11,826 nucleotides of DNA from a virus (lineage: Duplodnaviria; Heunggongvirae; Uroviricota; Caudoviricetes), in the IMG/VR virus record IMGVR_UViG_2917403263_000006, positions 1-11,826 of that record. One strand, 5' to 3'. The notes beneath the pieces were generated by a model. The model searched no databases, was not told where the DNA came from, and saw nothing but the letters and a program-made list of their open reading frames with translations. The translations under genes were made by a program, and so were the position numbers. This document shows positions 1 through 7,910 of the stretch, one piece after another (the first letter of the stretch is position 1; each line of letters opens with the position of its first letter).

Positions 1-173
1 ATGGGGATTATGCCGAATAATGTTGGGGGGTTTGGGGATGTGAAAAGCGAGTTTAGTGTTTTTGAGGAATGAATTATTGCCATTGCAAAAAAGGATGATG
101 GAACTAAATAAATGGTTAGGCCATGAAATTTTGAAATTTGAGACATATATACTTAGCTAATTGCCATTTTTTA

Positions 174-211
174 AAAGCCACGCCAATAATTAATATTAGA
201 ACCGTGGCTTT
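174..211 (-). terminator. Hairpin (9-bp perfect stem AAAGCCACG/CGTGGCTTT, 20-nt loop) just downstream of the PIN-like gene stop; possible weak or bidirectional terminator
   Basis: Inverted repeat seen directly at 174-182 and 203-211, flanked by a T/A-rich tract (TTTTTTAAA on one side, TTTAATTT on the other). The loop is large and the U-tract is short, so strength is doubtful. Confidence 0.3.
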
Positions 212-229
212 AATTTAGAGCATTAGATA

Positions 230-1315
230 CTAACGTTTCAACCAAAGGTCATCTACAGAAAACGAATCGAATTCATTCTCAGATGGAGAATAAATAAAGC
301 TCACTGTAAAATACGGTCTAACCAAAATCTCTAAAGTCACAACGTCACCATCACCATGAGTAAATGGGAATGCCGAATCTAAATCGCTTTTATTTTCAAT
401 ATAATCCAAATAAGGAATATCCACTTCAATAAAAACCCGTCTCAAATTAAAAGAATAGGCAATGTAATATTTATCCGCATCAATTGAAGTGATGCCTTCA
501 ATATAGCCATCCTCGAAATCTTCGATGACATCAACTCTAACATCCAAAACATTCGAAACTCTAGACTCAAAAATATTATTTTCAAGGTATTGACTAAGCA
601 TCATGTGATTAAAACTTGATAAATAATCGATACACTCACCTTCTAGAAACTCCTCGAAATAAGGCTCACTTCTTGCATGATCAAAAGCATGGATACTCTT
701 ATCAATAGATGATGTAACGAAGTCAAATAGCTTCCGATATGGAGTTATTTTTTGTGTTATGCCTAACTCTTCAATATCTCTTAGAAGATCATCATTAAAC
801 GTTGCAGGACCTTTACTGTTGGTAAAAAAGTCTGAGCTATTCTCAGTAATAAATACAAAATCATCATTACCCCCTGATGATTTGATATATTGAAGAAAAG
901 ATAACCAGATCAACGTATCACGGTATCCTTTTTCTTGTTCTGAGAAAGGTTTTATCTTTTCAAGGGCCCTACCAACCACCTTAGCATGTGGAATATCGTT
1001 ATAATCTATTAAAATTAAATTATCAACTTCCTTATTTAATATTTCTTTCAAATCATATTGTTCAATACCTAAGTTTTCAATTTTAAAATCTATTGGATTC
1101 TGATTAAGCTTTTTAATTTTACTAATAATGGAACGCATTTCATTTAATTGATTTTTGAGCTCTCTATTCCTGATATTGTTAGTCTCCTCAATTACTAAAT
1201 TTGATAATAACAAGTCGTTACATTCATTATTCAAAAAATGGAAAAGAAGTTTAAAATTAGCATTTTTAGCAAACCAATTATTGTAAAATATATTTGTATC
1301 CAAAAAAACTTTCAT
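230..1315 (-). CDS. Hypothetical cargo protein with N-terminal PIN-like nuclease domain and about 190-aa C-terminal extension of unknown function
   Basis: 361-codon ORF, ATG at 1315-1313, TAG at 232-230. N-terminus MKVFLDTNIF matches the first acidic motif of PIN domains (hhhDTNhh), with further acidic positions (VIEE, ILIDYND, FVFITENSSDF) at PIN-like spacing. Strongly AT-rich relative to the phage backbone. A TATAAT -10 hexamer lies on the - strand at 1357-1352. Confidence 0.6.
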   Translation of the reverse strand: MKVFLDTNIFYNNWFAKNANFKLLFHFLNNECNDLLLSNLVIEETNNIRNRELKNQLNEMRSIISKIKKLNQNPIDFKIENLGIEQYDLKEILNKEVDNLILIDYNDIPHAKVVGRALEKIKPFSEQEKGYRDTLIWLSFLQYIKSSGGNDDFVFITENSSDFFTNSKGPATFNDDLLRDIEELGITQKITPYRKLFDFVTSSIDKSIHAFDHARSEPYFEEFLEGECIDYLSSFNHMMLSQYLENNIFESRVSNVLDVRVDVIEDFEDGYIEGITSIDADKYYIAYSFNLRRVFIEVDIPYLDYIENKSDLDSAFPFTHGDGDVVTLEILVRPYFTVSFIYSPSENEFDSFSVDDLWLKR

Positions 1316-1371
1316 CTGTCTTTTCCAGTGATGTAGTTAATAACATAGGTAATTATAAATTGAATTGTAGG

Positions 1372-1396
1372 CCGGATCCACTGATAGTGGATCCGG
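1372..1396. repeat. Perfect 25-bp palindrome CCGGATCCACT-GAT-AGTGGATCCGG (two GGATCC cores) upstream of the PIN-like gene; candidate operator or terminator hairpin
   Basis: Read directly: 11-bp arms are exact reverse complements around a 3-nt centre. It sits about 15-20 bp upstream of the - strand TATAAT at 1357-1352, where a -35 element would lie. Confidence 0.5.
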
Positions 1397-1838
1397 TTTA
1401 AAAGATTGCATTTATGGCAATGTCAAGTATAAAAACAACCACAACATAATGATTGTATATCCAAAGGCCGTCAGTAAATCATAGCAATTATCACTTACAG
1501 GGGATGTGCGATTTTAATCGTTCAGCCGCGCGCTCATATCCCCGCCACGCCTGCCCGCTTTATGTAGCGGTTTTCATGCAGGTGCATGATCTACGCAAAA
1601 TCCCACCAGTTCTGGCGGGCCTTAGCAAAAACGATCCGCAAACGATCATGCGATCTCATGCGGCATAGTCATGCACTTACGGGGGGAACTGAAATCCAGT
1701 AACCGAATGATCGCTTGAAAAACGAAACATACGTACTTACAAAGCACAAAGCCTGCTTTGAGCGAAGCGGACGTTAATAATGTTGCTGACCATCCCTAGT
1801 ACTTCTCATAATATAGCCCTATGTTAATCAACAAAATA

Positions 1839-2669
1839 TTAATTTGTCCCATCACTAAAGAATTTGATTGCGTCAGTTAGTACATAGTCAATGAAAATTT
1901 TTACGTGGAAGACCTGAAAAACGCTATTTTCTGAGTTTTGAATGAAATCTACAGCTATATCTTTTAGGTTGATCAACCAGTTATATTCTTCAATCAGTCT
2001 AGTTCTGGCATCCGCATCAGAATAACGACTCCGTAAGCTAAATGCCAGTTTCCTCATGATAACTGGATCAAGTTTCCTATAGCTTTCAATGAAAACATCA
2101 GCAGGAACTAAGTGTAAAAAAGGTACGTCATGAAGATTTAACTGTCTATTATTAGAATGACTCAATTCAGATAACAACGATGATTTTCCCCTTTGTAACT
2201 CATCTCTGAACTGCAATGCAAATTCCGAAATTGATTCATCAAACCGTTTCTTCCTTGCTATTTTAATATGTTCAATAATGAGCTTAAAGTCATCACTATC
2301 CCTGTCAAGAAAACTTAAACTACGCCATCCCCTTAATTCGTTATAATGCGTTTGCGCATATTCCTTATGTACATCTTCAGCTCTCAGTCTATTATAATAA
2401 TTATTTATATTCTGTTTTGTCTCATTTATGAGATCATGAACATCATCTGTTGTTAGACCTTCTTTCGCCATTTCCAGCAAAATACTCGCTGTCATCAGGA
2501 GTTCACCTAAGGTAGTGATCTTACCTGAAAATAGGTTATCCTTAGCAATAGCGTACTGCTCATAAAGCATAGTTTCATTTAGTTCTCTATAGTTCCACAA
2601 ACACCTCCATGCTGGTGAATCGCTGCTTCTAAAAAAAACGCGTAACATCCAACTGAGCAAGAAGATCAC
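1839..2669 (-). CDS. Hypothetical protein, predicted largely alpha-helical; either a separate partner gene of the upstream NTPase or its C-terminal continuation across a frame break
   Basis: 276-codon ORF (first codon GTG at 2669; internal ATGs at 2648 and 2570 have weak RBS), TAA at 1841-1839. It overlaps the NTPase ORF end by 41 nt, across an A8 run at 2631-2638. Same AT-rich composition as the NTPase ORF. No recognisable catalytic motif. Confidence 0.5.
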   Translation of the reverse strand: MIFLLSWMLRVFFRSSDSPAWRCLWNYRELNETMLYEQYAIAKDNLFSGKITTLGELLMTASILLEMAKEGLTTDDVHDLINETKQNINNYYNRLRAEDVHKEYAQTHYNELRGWRSLSFLDRDSDDFKLIIEHIKIARKKRFDESISEFALQFRDELQRGKSSLLSELSHSNNRQLNLHDVPFLHLVPADVFIESYRKLDPVIMRKLAFSLRSRYSDADARTRLIEEYNWLINLKDIAVDFIQNSENSVFQVFHVKIFIDYVLTDAIKFFSDGTN

Positions 2670-3732
2670 CCGTTACCTTTCCATCACAGATTAGTTCTCT
2701 CCAAGACGCGCCATCCAGTAACTTCTCGGTTAATACAGGAGACGAATATTTCTCGACAATCATGTCATACTTACTTTTGACGCGTTCTTTACCCAAAAAC
2801 ATACCATAATTAACATTGCCGATTGAATTGAAATCCTCGTAGCTAAGATTCCCTCCCCGGTACTCCATCGAAAAAATTAACAATTGATGAAAAAACACCC
2901 TTATAAATTCATCGTTACTTAAATATTTATCTCCCAAAAGGGAAATAATTCGTTGTACATCGAGAAAGAACTGCCTCAAGTGTCTTAGATTATTATAATT
3001 CGCTGACACATAGAGGTCCTCTATTGTCTGCATATCTTCTTTAAATATATTAGCAACATGCAAACTACTAATTACGCTCAAGAAAATCTTACAAGCACTA
3101 TGTAAATCTGACGTTACTTCAAATGTTTTACCTACTAGCTTTTCTTTTGTTCTCATGTATTCATTGCGATATTTCTCATCATCATTATTTATTCGCTTTT
3201 CTCTATTGATTATTTCATCTTCATTGGCAACCAAGATCGCTTTGTATCCGTTTACTTCCACAAAGTGATTTATATATCCAAATAAGATTGGTAAATCTAC
3301 ACCAGCTCTCTCGACATCATCAAAGACCAGCACAAAACCATCTGGTTTTCTAGTAAAGTCGCTAAGATTAATGGTGGGAACATTGCTATTGATATCTACG
3401 TCAGATTTATTATCGCCATTAAGATCGATCTTGAAAGTAGCCTTAAGCGTATTTTTTAGTACATTTGCACCAAAGATAAGGGCTTTGTTTGATAGGACAG
3501 GATGCAATTGACGATAGAACTCATCTTCAATCTGCTCAATAGAGTTGACGCCATACAAGCTCACTTTTAGAAATTTGAACTCTGAATGTTTCTGCTTATA
3601 TTCTTCAAGAACTCGTTCAATGAACCAAGTTTTACCTGATCCCCAAGCACCTTTAAGCATAATGGCGTATTGAGGTTCAGTTTTAAGGCTAAGGTAATAT
3701 TCTATATAGTCTTTGATGTACGTATTGTGCAT
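2629..3732 (-). CDS. P-loop NTPase, KAP-like (Walker A GAWGSGKT near the N-terminus; Walker B-like VLVFDDVER)
   Basis: ORF with ATG at 3732-3730 (the track ORF starts at an upstream TTG at 3783), TAG at 2631-2629. LKGAWGSGKTWFI fits the KAP-family G-x-W-G-S-G-K-S/T P-loop signature; VLVFDDVERAG fits the KAP hhhhDD-x-(D/E)R Walker B pattern. No obvious transmembrane segment. AT-rich. Candidate -10 TATAAT on the - strand at 3847-3842. Confidence 0.65.
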   Translation of the reverse strand: MHNTYIKDYIEYYLSLKTEPQYAIMLKGAWGSGKTWFIERVLEEYKQKHSEFKFLKVSLYGVNSIEQIEDEFYRQLHPVLSNKALIFGANVLKNTLKATFKIDLNGDNKSDVDINSNVPTINLSDFTRKPDGFVLVFDDVERAGVDLPILFGYINHFVEVNGYKAILVANEDEIINREKRINNDDEKYRNEYMRTKEKLVGKTFEVTSDLHSACKIFLSVISSLHVANIFKEDMQTIEDLYVSANYNNLRHLRQFFLDVQRIISLLGDKYLSNDEFIRVFFHQLLIFSMEYRGGNLSYEDFNSIGNVNYGMFLGKERVKSKYDMIVEKYSSPVLTEKLLDGASWRELICDGKVTGDLLAQLDVTRFF

Positions 3733-4053
3733 TTTTAGTCCATTTTTATAAAATACATAAACATAGATGGTAAGTAGAGCCAAAGGCCAACTATGGAAAA
3801 TTCAATCGGTAGTGTACATTGTAAGGTTATTATTGGTAAATATTATAGGAATACCCATAATCTTACAAAATTCAGATTATCCGTTGCAAATTAGTCTGCC
3901 ATTCGTTAATTGACGAAAGATAGCAGAAGAAATGTTCGCTTCTGGCACAAAGCGGACGATCACTTATAAAAATGACCGCCCACCTTACGCCTTATTTCAC
4001 TCATTGCCCAAACTAGCCCCCATCAGAATGAATCCTCCTGGGGGCAACATTTC

Positions 4054-4287
4054 TTAATGCTGCCAGCTGTCGTCTTCCCACACCTTCTGCATAATTTTCA
4101 TCACTTGTTTTCTTTCTTCGTCCAGTTGCAGTCCGGTAAGTTCCACACCGTGAGAGCTACCTTTGCGGATACGAATTACCGTTTTGGGATACAGGGGGCG
4201 CAGATTGCGGTAAAGCTCGGATTCAAGGGCGTCCAGGATAGACTGGCTAATCTTCTGCTCTTTATCGATCATTATTTCAATGCGCAT
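4054..4287 (-). CDS. DinI-family protein; likely the C-terminal DinI-like domain or short product of a Tum-type SOS-inducible antirepressor
   Basis: 77-codon ORF, ATG at 4287-4285 preceded by GGTGA with 5-nt spacer, TAA at 4056-4054. MRIEIMIDKEQ...KIMQKVWEDDSW resembles E. coli DinI (MRIEVTIAK...ILQETWES). The frame is open upstream into the 4298-4486 ORF region. Confidence 0.7.
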   Translation of the reverse strand: MRIEIMIDKEQKISQSILDALESELYRNLRPLYPKTVIRIRKGSSHGVELTGLQLDEERKQVMKIMQKVWEDDSWQH

Positions 4288-4297
4288 AAAAGTCACC

Positions 4298-4486
4298 TCA
4301 ACTGATGACATCCATTGAGCGGTTGTATTCGTGGGTTCTGATTTTTGCCATGAGTTCATCAGTCAATTCAGAAACCCACTGCAAAGCCAGCCCCTTCTCT
4401 TCATCACTACACTCACTAGCCGCTACAAGCTTAAGAAAAAAATCAATGCGCTGGAGCTTCAAAGACTCCAAAAAATAGTCCTGCAT
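4298..4486 (-). CDS. Small ORF (62 codons), probably the N-terminal part of a tum-like antirepressor gene, separated from the DinI-like ORF by a frame break
   Basis: ATG at 4486-4484 preceded by GGAGG (4-nt spacer), TGA at 4300-4298. LexA box 40 bp upstream. Removing one base from the T5 run at 4342-4346 fuses it in frame to the DinI-like ORF, giving about 143 aa, close to the about 146 aa I recall for phage 186 Tum. Confidence 0.5.
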   Translation of the reverse strand: MQDYFLESLKLQRIDFFLKLVAASECSDEEKGLALQWVSELTDELMAKIRTHEYNRSMDVIS

Positions 4487-4526
4487 CTTTCCTCCTATAA
4501 CACCAAAGAAATATTGTATACATAAC

Positions 4527-4546
4527 CACTGTTTATATTTACAGTA
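4527..4546. promoter_or_regulatory. LexA operator (SOS box) CACTGTTTATATTTACAGTA upstream of the tum-like operon
   Basis: CTGT-N8-ACAG core at 4529-4544 with AT-rich spacer; 17 of 20 matches to the E. coli consensus TACTGTATATATATACAGTA. It overlaps -10-like hexamers (TATACT, TACAAT on the - strand) about 40-60 bp upstream of the 4486 start. Phage 186 tum is known to be LexA-controlled. Confidence 0.65.
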
Positions 4547-4559
4547 TATAATAATCTTA

Positions 4560-4591
4560 CTGATGTAAAACGTTTTTTTTACGTTCATCAG
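4560..4591 (-). terminator. Imperfect hairpin (CTGATG...CATCAG outer stem, AACG/CGTT inner stem, T8 loop) between gene A stop and the SOS promoter; possible early-operon terminator
   Basis: Inverted repeat read directly. The U-tract after the stem on the - strand is poor (UAAGAUUAUUA), so termination efficiency is uncertain. Confidence 0.3.
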
Positions 4592-4639
4592 CCTGATATG
4601 CTTGGTATTATTAAGAGCACGAATTGTTAACCCGCGTAA

Positions 4640-6764
4640 TTAATACAGGTTCCGCCACTTATCATCTTCCTGCAAACGCTGGTTCCGATAGAAGATACGC
4701 AGGCCTGCTCCTGACGGAATACTGCCGCCGCGAAGGAGTAAATCGACCTCTTTCTCGCTACCATCAAATCCTCTGGACTTCAGTTCATAGGCGAGCTGCT
4801 GTCGCTGATGGTCTGTAATTCGCTGTTTGTAGTCTTTACGCCGTTTCGGTTTCACCAGGCGTAACCTTGCTGCCAGTTCCCGGCGCTCTTTTTTGCTCAT
4901 ACTGTGCAGGTAATCGTGCAACTCCTTGTCATCCATGCGGGTGATATCCGTTCTGGTATCCCCATCAGCTGATTTGTCTTTCCCTTGTTGGTTCAAATTT
5001 TCAGCAAGGGGACAGTTATTGCCACGAGTCCAAGGGGCGCAAGCGCCCTGGTCGGCTGCCGCCTCCTGAACGTCAACGGCCTTACGAACCATTTTCCACT
5101 TCACGGCATGAGTGCAGATCTTGCCCTCTGCAATGGGTGACCAGATGCCATAAATACGAATGCCGTGATCGCCATAGGCGGTCGGCTCTTCGTTGATTTC
5201 ATAAGCGGTTCTGATCAGGTGATATTTGCGGGGAACCAGTACGCCGCCCTGCTTCATGATGTAGGTGGCAAAACAACCAGCATCAGCAGCAGCCAGGATG
5301 GCATCAAGGCACGGGTTATCCAGTACCGGCGCACCTGCTTTTTTGTCCCCCTGTTGCCTTGCCGCCTGACCAGCCAGCAATCGCAGTTCACGGTAAGCCT
5401 GACGCCCCGGAATGCCAAAGAAGCGGAATTGCTGAACACGATGCAGAGACGCCCAGGCATTAACGTATTCAGCGTTATCACGCAGGGATTTACCCGTTTC
5501 CTTGCTGATCTCGCCAGCCAGACCACGCCCGTCAATGTTCTTACTGATGTATTTCGCGATGTAGCTTGTTGGCGTACCTTTACGCGGGTTAATCAACTCA
5601 GACTTAAAGCGCGGCCCAGTGTTATTGCCCAGCTCCTCGCGGTCTTCACGGATGGCAAACTTACGCAGTAATGCAGTGATGGCGCGGCGGTTCTTTTTTG
5701 TGCATAAAACACAACAGGTGCCAGTGAACTGTACCGTCATGATGCGGCTCAGCCACCCGCACGCCATACCAGCGCAATCCGGCTTTGTGCATCGCCTTAC
5801 GAAATGCAGCAAACATGCCGACCAGATAATCACTGCTTTGTCTTACCGTCGCATTTGTCCAGGTCGGGTTGGGCCTGCCGTTATTTAGCGTGGAATGGAA
5901 ACGTGACGGACAGGTGATGGTGTAGAAAACGGCGCAGTCACCGCGCATTTCCGCGATAAGCTCCAGACCTTTAACACAGGCCATCATCTCATTGCGGCGA
6001 TGCGCAGGGTTGCTGCTGCTGGCGTTTACCACATCCTCCATGTCCAGCGTGTCGCCGTCTTCGTTCACCAGTTCATGAGAACGGAAAAACTCCAGCGACT
6101 TACGGCGCTGCTCACGTTTATGCATCACGGCTTCATAGCTGACATAGGGAGATGCTTTTTTGCTGACCAGGCAAACAGCACGCAACTGCTCTTCCCGCCA
6201 TTCGCAACGCATCTTCCATAATTTCCGGTACCACCAGTCGGCGCACAACATACGTGCCAGCGAACCCGGAATGAGTTCATAGGGCACGGGTTTACGGCGG
6301 TTTCTTTTCCGGCGGAGTTGCTCAAACGCAGGCGGTATGACATCCAGTCGCAGGGTTTCTGCTGCCACCTTTTCCCATGTCTTGCGGATTTCTTCTGGCT
6401 TAACATCATCGGTGGCGTACAAATCACCACAAGCGGCATCAAGACACATGCTCATATGCGCAGCGACAAGAGTAGACAGGCGTTTCACCTGATCCTGACT
6501 CATTTCAGGCAAGTTCAGCAGGCCGTCCAGCCCTTCATGGCTTGCCATAAAGCGAAAAGAAGTGGATAGCTGACTCTCGCGTACATGCTCCAGTCGTTCC
6601 AGACATGGCTTAATCGTCTCACGCAAATAGCGGGAATAAGCCTTTGGCCTGCCCAGGCTGCTGAAGTATTCAATACGTTGCATCAGCGGCTTGCTGATAT
6701 GGGAAGGCTGGGCGTTAACGTCCGCCAGTATGACCATGTCCGGATTAAAAACGCTGCTGCTCAT
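4640..6764 (-). CDS. A: Replication initiation endonuclease gpA (P2/186 gene A, HUH rolling-circle nickase); reading frame is broken at the T6/A6 run 5694-5699 in the sequence as given
   Basis: Two ORFs in frames offset by one (5661-6863 and 4640-5833). The upstream half ends with the HUH motif [15 protein letters not shown]. The downstream half carries the active-site pair [13 protein letters not shown] about 50 residues later, the same spacing as in P2 gpA. Deleting one A restores ...[14 protein letters not shown]... as one protein of about 700 aa. Start is uncertain (ATG 6764, 6737 or 6833; none has a strong RBS). Confidence 0.85.
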
Positions 6765-7056
6765 GCGCCAGCTTTGCCCGGCTAATGAGCTTATCCTGCT
6801 CCATTTCGCGTTGGACAGGATCACGGGATTCATTAAAGAAATAACGCTCCCAGACCTGATCACTCAGTGCCTCGAGGCGCAGTTGTTCCTGCTCGTTATC
6901 GGCAGCGTACAGAGTGATCAGGTTTGAAAGCGCAGAAACCGGCGCAACTTCCGCCGGGTCCAGATAAGGGTTAATAGCCTTTTTCGGGCTGTTCCATGAG
7001 AATGCTGCGGCGGCCTCGTTAAAGCCGCTGCAGTTGTTCATATCAGCATGGCTCAT
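6745..7056 (-). CDS. Hypothetical phage early protein (103 aa)
   Basis: ORF whose ATG overlaps the dam stop in an ATGA stop-start overlap (7053-7056), suggesting translational coupling. No motif recognised. Confidence 0.5.
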   Translation of the reverse strand: MSHADMNNCSGFNEAAAAFSWNSPKKAINPYLDPAEVAPVSALSNLITLYAADNEQEQLRLEALSDQVWERYFFNESRDPVQREMEQDKLISRAKLAHEQQRF

Positions 7057-7910
7057 GCACGCACTCCGTACACGGCAGAACTATCCACGCCACGCGAAGG
7101 ATCAAATCCCACCCAGCAGCGCACCCCAGAAACAGCGATGATTTCTGTTGCAGATTTACTCTCACCAGCTGCTACGCCGATGCTGCGTTTTGCCTTGATG
7201 TAGTGGTGAGTGAAATTGCGATACAGCGAACGGATCAGGGATGTGTCACTGTTAGAAACAATGACCGGATGTCCTTCTGATGACCGATGTTCAAGAACGG
7301 ATGCCAGGTGATACTGGTCATCTTCAGTGAAGCCGTCAGTGTGATAACCGGAAAACGTACCGTCATAAGGCGGATCGCAATACACCACATCCCCCACCTG
7401 CAGCATCGCCAGCGTTTCATCAAAGCTGGCGCAGATAAACGTTGCTCGCTGGGCTTTCTCTGCAAATGCGCGAATTTCTTTTTCAGGGAAATACGGATTT
7501 TTATAATTACCGTATGGAATGTTGAAATGCCCGCTCTTGTTATAACGACATAACCCACGGTAACCGTGACGATTGAGATACAGGAAATATACCGCTTTCA
7601 TGAAATCAGTAATTTCAGTTGAGTAATTAAACTCCTGTCTTATGTTGTAATAAGTCACCTCCCTGTTTGCGTCCTCAAATAAAGCTCTGGCACGAGATAT
7701 AAACACCTCACAATCAGCGGCAACCTTTTTATAGAGGTTGATTAAATCAGGATTAATATCCGCAACCAGATAGCAGGGATAATCCGTCTCCATCATCACA
7801 GCACAGGAACCCGCGAAAGGTTCAACCAGTCGCGGGCCAGCAGGAAGGTGTTTTTTCAGTTCGGACATAATGGCGGTTTTATTTCCCGCCCATTTCAGGA
7901 TGGTGCTCAT
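7053..7910 (-). CDS. dam: DNA adenine N6-methyltransferase (Dam-like)
   Basis: 286 codons from ATG 7910-7908 (GGAGGTG RBS; ATGA overlap with the upstream gene stop). N-terminus [11 protein letters not shown] with PFAGSCAV (AdoMet-binding FxGxG-like) and catalytic [12 protein letters not shown] (DPPY motif). The track ORF 7053-7970 includes a 20-codon 5-prime extension that is unlikely to be translated. Confidence 0.85.
   Translation of the reverse strand: MSTILKWAGNKTAIMSELKKHLPAGPRLVEPFAGSCAVMMETDYPCYLVADINPDLINLYKKVAADCEVFISRARALFEDANREVTYYNIRQEFNYSTEITDFMKAVYFLYLNRHGYRGLCRYNKSGHFNIPYGNYKNPYFPEKEIRAFAEKAQRATFICASFDETLAMLQVGDVVYCDPPYDGTFSGYHTDGFTEDDQYHLASVLEHRSSEGHPVIVSNSDTSLIRSLYRNFTHHYIKAKRSIGVAAGESKSATEIIAVSGVRCWVGFDPSRGVDSSAVYGVRA

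Noticed and set aside
1453-1668. 71-aa + strand ORF (MYIQRPSVNHSNYHLQGMCDFNR...) between the cargo genes
   Set aside because: No RBS, Pro/Arg/Ala-rich low-complexity translation, opposite in orientation to every neighbouring gene and lying in an apparently non-coding segment; most likely a chance ORF.
1740-3960. Possible direct repeats flanking the NTPase cassette (GCACAAAGC and AAGCGGACG shared between about 1746-1775 and about 3937-3957)
   Set aside because: Only two 9-mers in the same order with different spacing; such short matches are expected by chance in a 12-kb window, so not reliable as recombination scars.
4057-6927. Track ORFs nested in or antisense to the tum-like gene and gene A (4057-4305 +, 4331-4525 +, 4624-4818 +, 5165-5671 +, 5254-5535 -, 5619-5888 +, 6000-6221 +, 6125-6442 -, 6318-6569 +, 6585-6785 +, 6691-6927 +)
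   Set aside because: All lie within or opposite well-supported coding sequence, lack RBS and have Arg/Ser/Cys-rich shadow-frame composition; these are the usual alternative-frame ORFs of a GC-balanced gene.
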